Source: Thermostichus sp. DRC_bins_24
GTDB lineage: Bacteria > Cyanobacteriota > Cyanobacteriia > Thermostichales > Thermostichaceae
Assembly (NCBI GenBank): GCA_039794845.1
Contig: JAUQVK010000109.1
Span: forward strand, 1-22,167
Direction: 5' to 3'
Length of the DNA stretch: 22,167 nucleotides
Below are positions 1 to 8,166 of the stretch, piece after piece. The notes under the pieces were generated by a model, which was not told the DNA's origin, searched no databases, and saw only the letters and a list, made by a program, of their open reading frames with translations. Position 1 is the first letter of the stretch. Each line of letters starts with the position of its first letter. A program made the position numbers and the translations under genes.

Positions 1-511
1 TATAGGTGTTGATCACATCCGACGCTGTAGCGGTAGCCGTCGGCAGCCAATCTCCCATATCAAAAGAATGGGTAACCAGACGTGCGCCGGGCTGGAGTTC
101 TGAGCGCAGCTTGTCTCGAATTAACAAGTTGGAGCGGGGCAGCAAATAACAACACACCACCGTCGCGGGAGACAGGTCTACCGTGAGCAAATCCTGTTGC
201 AGAAACTGCACGCGCTCTTGAACTTGGGCTTCCTGGGCACGTTGCCGAGCCTCGCGGATCCGCTCTGGGTCGATATCTACCCCCAACCCCGGAGTCCCAA
301 ATCGTTGGGCCGCCCGAATCAAAACGCGACCATCTCCACAGCCCAGATCGTAGAGGGTGTCTTCAGCACCCACCTGTGCCAGCTCTAACATGGCATCGAT
401 CACCAGGGGCAAAGTGCGCACGTAGGGAGCCAGGCTTGTAGCCTCGGGTTGTTGGTGCTCCGATCGTTTGCTACGGGAGGGATCCCTGGGTTTGAAACCG
501 CGTGGTGCCAA
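1..511 (-). CDS. Class I SAM-dependent methyltransferase (3' end runs off window)
   Basis: Missing from the ORF track because no stop lies in the window. Manual translation gives ...APYVRTLPLVIDAMLELAQVGAEDTLYDLGCGDGRVLIRAAQRFG...GVDIDPERI...DLSPATVVCCYLLPRSNLLIRDKLRSELQPGARLVTHSFDMGDW, with SAM motif I YDLGCGDG. TTG start at 511 has GAGGAGGA 6 nt upstream and an in-frame TGA at 524-526. Confidence 0.9.
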   Translation of the reverse strand, partial: MAPRGFKPRDPSRSKRSEHQQPEATSLAPYVRTLPLVIDAMLELAQVGAEDTLYDLGCGDGRVLIRAAQRFGTPGLGVDIDPERIREARQRAQEAQVQERVQFLQQDLLTVDLSPATVVCCYLLPRSNLLIRDKLRSELQPGARLVTHSFDMGDWLPTATATASDVINTY

Positions 512-627
512 GAGGGGTCCTCCTCACCAGAAAACGTTCCCATTGTAGGTATATTTTCAGGGCTGCCCAGTTCGATCGCAAACGCTACACTGGGGCCATC
601 TTTCCCCTGTTGGGCTGGTGACACCCG

Positions 628-1278
628 ATGACCTTCCTGAACCTTCTCACCCGTTCCTTCAGTTATGCCCAAAACAACAGCGACATGCTGTTTCGGGCTC
701 TGCTGCAACACCTTCAACTGGTGGCGGTTCCTCTGGGGATTGGTCTGCTTTTGGGTCTGCCTTTGGGCTTTTTGAGTTCTCGTTCACAAGCTTTTTCTTG
801 GTTGGTGATCAACGGCTTCAACGGCTTGAGGGTCATCCCCAGCTTGGCGATTCTGTTTCTGGCGATTCCCTATTTTGGCCTTAGCTTTCGTTCTGCCGTG
901 ATCGCCCTTACCCTATTGGTGATGCCCCCAATTTTGATCAGCACCGATGTTGCCTTTCGAGGCATTGAACCCGCGATTCGAGAAGCCGCTTTTGGTATGG
1001 GCATGACCCCCGCTCAGGTGTTGCGACAAATTGAAATTCCCCTCGCGTTGCCTGTGATATTGGCTGGGATCAAAACCGCCACCATCGAGGTGATCGCCAG
1101 TGCCACGTTGGCAGCCTTTATCGGGGTCGGAGGGTTGGGAACTTTCATTACTTTGGGGTTTGCCCTCTACGATAACGCTATCCTACTGGTAGGGGCGATT
1201 CCGGTGGCTCTATTGGCGATTCTGGCAGAGGTCAGCCTTGGCTTTTTGCAACGTGCTTTACAACCCCCACAAGCCTAG
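628..1278 (+). CDS. ABC transporter permease, osmoprotectant (OpuCB/ProW-like) family
   Basis: 216 aa, hydrophobic. EAA loop 'AIREAAFGMGMTPAQVLRQIEIPLALPVILAG'; 'IPSLAIL' and 'ATLAAFIGVGGLG' are typical of glycine betaine/choline permeases. Confidence 0.88.
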   Translation: MTFLNLLTRSFSYAQNNSDMLFRALLQHLQLVAVPLGIGLLLGLPLGFLSSRSQAFSWLVINGFNGLRVIPSLAILFLAIPYFGLSFRSAVIALTLLVMPPILISTDVAFRGIEPAIREAAFGMGMTPAQVLRQIEIPLALPVILAGIKTATIEVIASATLAAFIGVGGLGTFITLGFALYDNAILLVGAIPVALLAILAEVSLGFLQRALQPPQA

Positions 1279-1289
1279 TTCTCCTGCTA

Positions 1290-4200
1290 ATGCCTAACGA
1301 TGAAGTGATGGAGTCTCCATCCCAGTCTTCTACTACTCGACCTAGATTGAGGCGCATGCGGTTACAAGTGGCTCTGCTCCTGCCCATGCTGCTGGCGGTG
1401 GGGGTAGCAGTAGGGGGCGTGGGGTATCTCTCCTGGCGCTCTGGGCGAGAAACCGCGCTGCAGTTGGCCCAAAAGCTCAATCACAAGGTCAACAGTAGGA
1501 TTGAAGAGCGCTTAGCCCGCTATTTGCAAATACCCGTTCAGATCAACCATATCAATCAAGATGCGGTGCGTTGGGGGCTTTTGCCCGATTTGATGACCTT
1601 AACTTCCCTCGATCTTGTTTTTTTAGAGAGCTACTTTGCTCAACAATTGCAGCGGTTCCCTGAAGTCGATTACCTCGGTTTTGTCTCTGCCGGCGGCGGC
1701 TTTGTCATGGTGCAACGCCGTACAGATGGATCCCTATGGGCTTACAACACAGGTGGCCCTTCGCCTGGAGATGTACGGGGCCGAGAGCTGGATCCCAAAA
1801 CGGGGGATCCCACCGGTCAAACCCGACAGTTGGGCTTTACAGATGTGAGAGAGCTGCCTTGGTTTGAACAGATCGTAGAGACAGAAGGGATCCGCCGCAG
1901 CCAGGTGGTGAGCCGTTTTTTTGATGAGCCACAGCATTTGGTCTTGACCGGCTTGCCCCTACAGAGTGAGAACGGCGTGTTGCAGGGGAGCCTAGCCGTT
2001 GCGGTTTCTACTGATGAAATTCAAGCCCTACTGGATAGCCTCGATCACGAGACCCCTGGCCTCAGCTTTTTGTTGGATACAGAAGGGCAAGTTCTGGCGG
2101 GCAATGGCGTGGGATCCAGCCCCGAGCTGAGGGAGGGGGAGCAGGTTCACCCGATTTTGCAGACGGTGCTTCCGGCTTTGTCTGAGCAGTTTGGGTCACT
2201 ATCGGCAGTGACCGAAGAAGTGTTCTTTCGCTTGCCCGTTGAGGGAGAGCCCCATCTCATTGAGGTGGATCCCATCCAAGATGAGTGGGGGATGGATTTT
2301 TACTTTGTGCGTGGGATCCCGGAAGCAGCCATTTTGGCGGATGTGAACCGCAGTGCACAGCGGGCTTGGATGTTGGGAGGTGGACTTTGGCTGGCCATGC
2401 TTGCAGTGGGAATCGCCCTCACCGACTGGATTGCCCGACCGATTCGCCGTCTCACACAAACTTCTGAAGAGTTTATCCCCGATGGATCCCATTCCTGGCC
2501 CAGTTTGGATCCCGGCCCAATTGCAGAAGTGCAAACGCTGGCTTCTGCCTGGCAACGGATGGCAGCAGCCCAACAAGCCATGCTGAACCGTTTGCAGCAA
2601 CAACAACAAGAGTACCGAGAAGTGGTGGAGCAACAGTCAGAGCTGATCTGCCGCTATGGCCTTGATACCCGCCTAACCTTTGTGAATGAAGCTTACTTGC
2701 GTTTCTTTGGGCAAAATCGGGAGCAATGCTTGGGCATCCCTTGGATCGACACCATACCGGAACCGGAACGGGATCCCCTCTTGGCAGAACTGGCAGCCCT
2801 CACCCCCACCCAGCCCACCCGCACCACCGAGCGCAGCTACTCCGACCCAGAAGGGAAGACACGATATGTGAACTGGGTCGACCAGGGCCTTTTCAACGAA
2901 CAGGGCCAATTGGTGGAAATTCTCTCGGTTGGGCGAGATATTACCGAGAAAAAAGTGGTGGATTTGGCCTTAAAGGAAAGTGAAGAACGCTTCCGCACCT
3001 TAATTAAAGATCTCAATGTCGGAGTTTTGCTACAAGGCCGACAAGCAGAAATGCTATTGAGCAACCCCAAAGCCTTAGAACTTTTGGACTTAACCGAAGA
3101 GCAATTGTTGGGACGTTCTTCTTTTGATCCGGCCTGGAATGTCATTCATGAGGATGGATCCCGTTTTCCAGGGCCAGAGCACCCCGTGCCCCGTGCCATT
3201 GCTACCGGCAAGCCCGTGCGAGATGTGGTGATGGGGGTGTATCGACCCCGTTTACAGGATCGGGTCTGGCTGTTGGTGAATGCGGAGCCACGGTTAGATG
3301 AACAGGGGCAAGTCTGGCAGGTCATTTGCACCTTCACCGATATTACCCCGCGTATACAAGCAGAAGAAGCCCTAAAACGCGCCGAACAAACCCTGCGCCT
3401 CCAGGCGGGTCGAGAACGTTTGCTGGGGCGGATTACCGAGCGCATTCGCCGCTCCCTAGATTTGATGGAGATTTTACAAACCACGGTTACGGAGATCCGG
3501 CAACTGTTACAAACCGATCGTGTGGTGATCTACCGTCTACGGCCCGATGGGAGTGGTTATATCCAGGTAGAATCGGTCAGTCAAGCCGAGTTTTCTATAT
3601 TGAACGAAACGATTTTGGATCCCTGTTTTGCCAGTTTTGGAGAAGACTCTTTCCCTCGCAGTCAAGTGCGCTTCATTTCAGATGTTGAAGATGCCCCCAT
3701 CCAACCTTGTTATGTCAACCTCCTGAAACAATTACAGGTGCGTGCCAATTTAGTGGTGCCCATTTGGCAAGATAAACACCCGGAATTAGAGCCTTCCTCT
3801 GCAAGTGATGGAGCCTATCTGTGGGGATTGTTGGTTGCCCATCAGTGCCGAGGGCCGCGTCAATGGCAAGACTGGGAAAAATCAATTTTAACGCAGCTAT
3901 CCGAACAACTGGCTATTGCCCTGCAACAGGCCCAGCTTTATCAACAAGTGCAAAATCTGAACAAGGTTCTAGAAATACAAGTAGAGTTGCGCACAGCCAA
4001 GTTACAACAGTCATTGCATTTTGAGACGGTGTTGCACTCGATTAGTAGCAAAGTTGTAGCCAGTTTAGACGAGGCAGAGATTTTGAATACTGTTGTGCAA
4101 GAATTGGTAGAGGCTCTCAATTTAATCAGTTGTGATGTTAGCTTTTTCTCAGCAGACTTTTCAACTTTCATTCCTCGCTACGCTTGCTCCCGAAATTTAC

Positions 4201-5216
4201 CTTCTATTATCGGTCGAAATTATCGTATTGAGGGGAGCGATGCTGTTCTTTTGAGCTTTCTGCAACAGGGAAAAACTATCCATCGCTGTTTCTACGACCC
4301 CACAGATGGGTTTTGGGTGACCCTTCTCAACTGTCCCATTTTGGATGAAGATAAGCTGCTGGGTTTACTCAATGTTGAGCGTCCGCCGGAACAGTTCTTT
4401 TTAGAGGCAGAAATTCAGCTGGTGCAACAGGTAGCCAATCTGTGCGCCCTAGCGATCCGTCAGGCCCGTCTGTATGAGGCGGCACAGGCTCAAGTCACGG
4501 AATTGGAACGGCTAAACCTACTTAAGGACGACTTTATTAGCACCGTTTCTCACGAGTTACGGACTCCAATGGCCAATGTGCGCATGGCCCTACGCATGAT
4601 GCAGATTACTACCGACCCCCAGAGGAAGCAGCACTATCTCACAACAGCTATTCAAGAATGTGACCGACAGATTGCTTTGATTAATGATCTGCTGGATATA
4701 CAGCGGCTGGAGGCTGAAGGATTTTTTCCGAACACAGAAGAGATCAATCTGGTTCAATACCTGCCGGAATTACTCATCGGGATCCAACCGCTTGCCCAAT
4801 CCAAAAATCAACTGCTGCAACTGCACATCAGCCAAGGGATCCCTATTCTTCAGGTTGACTCGGTTTGTCTCAGCCGCGTTTTGCGTGAATTGATTCACAA
4901 TGCCGTAAAGTACACTGCTCCAGAAGGAGCGATTCACATTCAGCTCACCTCCGATCAAGATGGGATCCTCTTCACCATTAGCAACAGCACAGAAATTTCA
5001 AAACCAGAGTTGTCGCGGATTTTTGACAAGTTTTACCGCATTCCGCAGTCGGATCGCTGGAAACATGGGGGAACCGGCCTGGGATTGGCCTTGGTGAAGC
5101 AATTGGTGATGCGAATGGGGGGTAACATCTCCGTTAACAGCTCAGAAGGATGGACTCATTTTCGAGTTTGGCTGCCCCAAAGTTTGGAAGCTGCCGTAGA
5201 AAAAGATGACCATTGA
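1290..5216 (+). CDS. Membrane sensor histidine kinase: TM-Cache-TM-HAMP-PAS-PAS-GAF(cyanobacteriochrome-like)-GAF-HisKA-HATPase
   Basis: Two TM helices flank a ~300-aa extracytoplasmic domain. HAMP 'IARPIRRL', PAS/PAC ends 'GRDITEKK' and 'FTDITPR', GAF 'DRVVIYRL...DPCF...PCY...VRANLVVPI...LWGLLVAHQC', H-box 'VSHELRTP', N-box 'ELIHNAVKYT', G2 'GGTGLGLALV'. Exact start (1290/1308/1356) uncertain. Confidence 0.93.
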   Translation: MPNDEVMESPSQSSTTRPRLRRMRLQVALLLPMLLAVGVAVGGVGYLSWRSGRETALQLAQKLNHKVNSRIEERLARYLQIPVQINHINQDAVRWGLLPDLMTLTSLDLVFLESYFAQQLQRFPEVDYLGFVSAGGGFVMVQRRTDGSLWAYNTGGPSPGDVRGRELDPKTGDPTGQTRQLGFTDVRELPWFEQIVETEGIRRSQVVSRFFDEPQHLVLTGLPLQSENGVLQGSLAVAVSTDEIQALLDSLDHETPGLSFLLDTEGQVLAGNGVGSSPELREGEQVHPILQTVLPALSEQFGSLSAVTEEVFFRLPVEGEPHLIEVDPIQDEWGMDFYFVRGIPEAAILADVNRSAQRAWMLGGGLWLAMLAVGIALTDWIARPIRRLTQTSEEFIPDGSHSWPSLDPGPIAEVQTLASAWQRMAAAQQAMLNRLQQQQQEYREVVEQQSELICRYGLDTRLTFVNEAYLRFFGQNREQCLGIPWIDTIPEPERDPLLAELAALTPTQPTRTTERSYSDPEGKTRYVNWVDQGLFNEQGQLVEILSVGRDITEKKVVDLALKESEERFRTLIKDLNVGVLLQGRQAEMLLSNPKALELLDLTEEQLLGRSSFDPAWNVIHEDGSRFPGPEHPVPRAIATGKPVRDVVMGVYRPRLQDRVWLLVNAEPRLDEQGQVWQVICTFTDITPRIQAEEALKRAEQTLRLQAGRERLLGRITERIRRSLDLMEILQTTVTEIRQLLQTDRVVIYRLRPDGSGYIQVESVSQAEFSILNETILDPCFASFGEDSFPRSQVRFISDVEDAPIQPCYVNLLKQLQVRANLVVPIWQDKHPELEPSSASDGAYLWGLLVAHQCRGPRQWQDWEKSILTQLSEQLAIALQQAQLYQQVQNLNKVLEIQVELRTAKLQQSLHFETVLHSISSKVVASLDEAEILNTVVQELVEALNLISCDVSFFSADFSTFIPRYACSRNLPSIIGRNYRIEGSDAVLLSFLQQGKTIHRCFYDPTDGFWVTLLNCPILDEDKLLGLLNVERPPEQFFLEAEIQLVQQVANLCALAIRQARLYEAAQAQVTELERLNLLKDDFISTVSHELRTPMANVRMALRMMQITTDPQRKQHYLTTAIQECDRQIALINDLLDIQRLEAEGFFPNTEEINLVQYLPELLIGIQPLAQSKNQLLQLHISQGIPILQVDSVCLSRVLRELIHNAVKYTAPEGAIHIQLTSDQDGILFTISNSTEISKPELSRIFDKFYRIPQSDRWKHGGTGLGLALVKQLVMRMGGNISVNSSEGWTHFRVWLPQSLEAAVEKDDH

Positions 5217-5240
5217 ACCATTTTCTAAAATCAACACAAT

Positions 5241-6494
5241 TTACCCCGGCAACACTTGTCGCTGCCAGAGTTCTTCCAGTTGCACCGTATATTCCGCATT
5301 CACAATCGGCACCGCACCCGCAATCGCTTCTTGAATCGGGATCCCGGCGGCAGCTTCCAACCGGGCAAAAGCCTCCTGTGTTTCGGCAGGCAAACGGCTG
5401 ATGTCGATCAGGGGCAAATCTCCCCAAACCTCGGGCTTAAATTTCTCCAGTTGACCTTCGGGGCTAGCCAACACCTCCGCCAAGACCATGGCCCCAAAAG
5501 GGTTAGCTGCATTCACAGGAATGGCCGTAAAGGAGGGATCGATCAAACTGGTGCCCGGGATCCCGTAGGGAGTGGTACCGGCAGGAAATTGTCCATTGCT
5601 TTTGCGTAAGATCACCTGATCGATGAAGGTGGGCATCAGCCAAATTTCGCCATTGGCAAACAGCTCCGCCAGTCGGGCAAAGGTGGGGGGATACGTTTGT
5701 CCTTGCCGCCACAAATAGGGATCCAATGCTTTCAGGTAGTCCACCACCGCAGGGGATTGCTTAGCCCACAGCTCCCCATCAAAGTCTGGCCCACTGTACT
5801 GGGCATAACCCCCGGTCACCCCATACAGGGTTCCCAACAAAAAGCGGCTGCCATGAAAATCCGGTGGGGCCACGTAGGTAAAGCGTCCAGGGTTGGCCTT
5901 GGCCCAGCTCAACAAATCGGCATAGCTGCGGGGCGGCTCGGGAATGCGCTCGGCATTATAGGCCATCAAGAAATAGTTGCCCGTATAGGGTGCGGAGTAG
6001 CCCTCGATGGGCAGACCAAAATCTGTCTCAATATCGGCAGGATTGTAAAACTGGAGGCTGGGCAATTTTTCTGCAAAGGGGCCATAGAGTAAATCCCCCT
6101 GTTTGAGGGTGCGGAAGTTGTTGCCGTTGATCCAAATTAAATCGATGCTGCCACCACTGCGTAAACCCGCCTGTACCTCCCCGATGATTTTATTGACGGC
6201 TTCTACCGTGTCGGTAAGCGGGATCCGGTTCAAGCGCATGCCGTAGCGCTCTTGCAACTGTGTTTTCACCCAGCCATCTACAAAGCCGTTGATCGCTTCG
6301 CTGCCGCTCCACATCGCCCAGTTCACCTGGCTACCCCGCGCTTGTTGCACAATGTCCGCCCAAGTCAGGGATCCCAATTCCAGAGGGGTTTGTGCAACAA
6401 GAGAGCTTTGTCCCAAGAGCCAAGCCCCCACGGATCCCAGCCCTAGAGAGGCCAGCACCTGTCGCCGTTTCCAAAAGAAGCTGTGTTGCCGCAT
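5241..6494 (-). CDS. ABC transporter substrate-binding protein, YnjB-like (PotD/thiamine-binding superfamily), probable Tat export
   Basis: Motifs 'GSIDLIWINGNNFRTLK' and 'WAKANPGRFTYVAPPDFHGSRFL' resemble YnjB-family proteins. N-terminus 'KRRQVL' followed by a hydrophobic stretch. ATG at 6494 with GAGGTG RBS. Confidence 0.82.
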   Translation of the reverse strand: MRQHSFFWKRRQVLASLGLGSVGAWLLGQSSLVAQTPLELGSLTWADIVQQARGSQVNWAMWSGSEAINGFVDGWVKTQLQERYGMRLNRIPLTDTVEAVNKIIGEVQAGLRSGGSIDLIWINGNNFRTLKQGDLLYGPFAEKLPSLQFYNPADIETDFGLPIEGYSAPYTGNYFLMAYNAERIPEPPRSYADLLSWAKANPGRFTYVAPPDFHGSRFLLGTLYGVTGGYAQYSGPDFDGELWAKQSPAVVDYLKALDPYLWRQGQTYPPTFARLAELFANGEIWLMPTFIDQVILRKSNGQFPAGTTPYGIPGTSLIDPSFTAIPVNAANPFGAMVLAEVLASPEGQLEKFKPEVWGDLPLIDISRLPAETQEAFARLEAAAGIPIQEAIAGAVPIVNAEYTVQLEELWQRQVLPG

Positions 6495-6550
6495 GAAGTC
6501 ACCTCTCAATCAATAAACATCCTGTAAATTACTGCATTCAACTGTGGGCG

Positions 6551-6663
6551 CTACAACCTTTGAAGCAACTCATCGTATTCTGAATGCGTGCCAATCCAAA
6601 ACCAATAAATGTGATCATCTTCTTAAATTTTTTCCGAAATGAGTTGGTGACACTTGACTTCAT
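6551..6663 (-). pseudogene. Internally deleted, frameshifted RelE/ParE-superfamily toxin remnant
   Basis: ATG overlaps the upstream stop (ATGA at 6663-6660) and reads MKSSVTNSFRKKF. A different frame from 6622 reads EDDHIYWFWIGTHSEYDELLQRL*. These match the N- and C-terminal ends of cyanobacterial ParE-like toxins (WFWIG[TS]HxEY motif), with the middle missing. Confidence 0.82.
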
Positions 6664-6896
6664 AACTCAGGTTGAGCAAGAAGTGCGTTAGCCAAAGGCG
6701 TGATGTCACCAGCGGCAATATCCTGTCGTACCAAGTCAGCCATTCGATCCCACTGATCATCCGTCGTAGCCTCGAACTGTCTTTCCCATTTTTGTTCATC
6801 TTCCAGTTCAGCAAGCAGACGAGCAGCAATCGCATCTTGTTGATCGTCCGGCAAGGCTTTCAGTTGGTTGATCACTTGTTCAAGTAATGTAGTCAT
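6660..6896 (-). CDS. Small acidic protein, probable type II antitoxin
   Basis: 78 aa 'MTTLLEQVINQLKALPDDQQDAIAARLLAELEDEQKWERQFEATTDDQW...'. AGGAAGGGA RBS; translationally coupled to the toxin remnant. Confidence 0.75.
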   Translation of the reverse strand: MTTLLEQVINQLKALPDDQQDAIAARLLAELEDEQKWERQFEATTDDQWDRMADLVRQDIAAGDITPLANALLAQPEL

Positions 6897-6952
6897 TGTT
6901 CTGTCCCTTCCTAAAATACTGACCTACTGTTTTTCCTAAACTGCAAAGTAGC

Positions 6953-8065
6953 TTAGGAAAAATGCAAAGAGGGTTGAGCTGTCACTGCCGTCTGGATAGC
7001 CTCGTTCCAGTCTGCCTGCACACACCACAAAGCCTCTGGAGGCAGGTAAACCCACACCGCCTGCCCTACCGCAAAAGCCTGATGAGGGGCTACCCATGCC
7101 TGCAGCAATCCCAGGGCTGTTTGCACAGTCAGTCGCCGCTGCGTACCCGTAAAGCGCTCTGAGATCACTTCAGCAGCCCAAACATTCTTCGCTAGGGTAG
7201 GACGCTGGTGAAACACCTGCACTTGTTCCGGGCGTATTGTCAGCCGTACCTTTCCCTGCTGGGGCACCGCACTCTCAAGCAGGATCCCTTCCCCCAGCCG
7301 CAGTTGATGCTGATCCGCTTGGGCATCCCAAAAATTCACCCCGCCAAAAAAGCGGGCAATCCGTTCCGATTGGGGTTGCTGATAAAACTCGGCAGGGGAT
7401 CCCACTTGGTGGAGTTGCCCCTCAAACATCAGCCCAATACGCCGGGCCATGGCGGTGGCTTCCGCCTGATCATGGGTAACCAAAAGGGTCGTGACACCCG
7501 ATTCGGCCTGCAAATTCAAAATCAACTCTTGCATATCTTGGCGTAGATTGGCATCCAAAGCCGACAACGGCTCATCCAATAGCAGCAGCTTGGGCTCAAT
7601 CACCAGGGCTCGTGCCAGAGCCACCCGCTGGGCTTGTCCGCCAGAAAGTTGGGCAGGCCGCCGTTGGGCCAATCCAGGTAGTTGAACTCGCTCCAACATG
7701 CGTAACGCCTGGGCTTCTCGCTCTGCTCTGGGAATGCGGCGCATTTTCAAGCCAAAGGCGACATTCTCCCCCACATTCAAGTGGGGAAACAGCCGACTGT
7801 GCTGGGAAAGCAAAGTCACGTGCCGCCGCTCTGGGGGTAGGGGGTTCAGCAGGATCCCATCCAGCCAAATCTCACCCGGATGAGGAACCGGATCCGGTTC
7901 CAGCAGGCCAGCGATTAGGTTCAACGTTGTGGACTTGCCACAACCCGATGGCCCCAGCAACGCAAAGATCTCCCCCGCCGCCACCGTCAAAGACAAATCC
8001 TTGAGGGCAGGGATCCCCTGTCGATGGAAACGTTTGCTAAGGTGACGAAGAACCAGATGGCCCAT
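6953..8065 (-). CDS. ABC transporter ATP-binding protein, PotA/FbpC-like with C-terminal TOBE domain
   Basis: Walker A GPSGCGKST, signature LSGGQAQRVALARAL, Walker B LLLLDEPLSALD, H-loop VTHDQ; C-terminal 'IRPEQV' TOBE-like region. Confidence 0.93.
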   Translation of the reverse strand: MGHLVLRHLSKRFHRQGIPALKDLSLTVAAGEIFALLGPSGCGKSTTLNLIAGLLEPDPVPHPGEIWLDGILLNPLPPERRHVTLLSQHSRLFPHLNVGENVAFGLKMRRIPRAEREAQALRMLERVQLPGLAQRRPAQLSGGQAQRVALARALVIEPKLLLLDEPLSALDANLRQDMQELILNLQAESGVTTLLVTHDQAEATAMARRIGLMFEGQLHQVGSPAEFYQQPQSERIARFFGGVNFWDAQADQHQLRLGEGILLESAVPQQGKVRLTIRPEQVQVFHQRPTLAKNVWAAEVISERFTGTQRRLTVQTALGLLQAWVAPHQAFAVGQAVWVYLPPEALWCVQADWNEAIQTAVTAQPSLHFS

Positions 8066-8166
8066 GGCCGAGATCGATAAAGGGAGCGCTGAACATTCAG
8101 GTTATCTGGGCAAAAGGGATCCCTGCCTGAAGACCGGATGAGAATGCTCTGAGAAGAAGAGAAGAA

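Noticed and set aside
1..511. Methyltransferase as the DNA methylase behind GGGATCCC
   Set aside because: No DPPY/NPPY/SPPY or PC catalytic motif; it resembles small protein or small-molecule class I methyltransferases.
8151..8166. GAGAAGAA purine repeat after speY
   Set aside because: Short low-complexity tract with no stem to support a terminator call.
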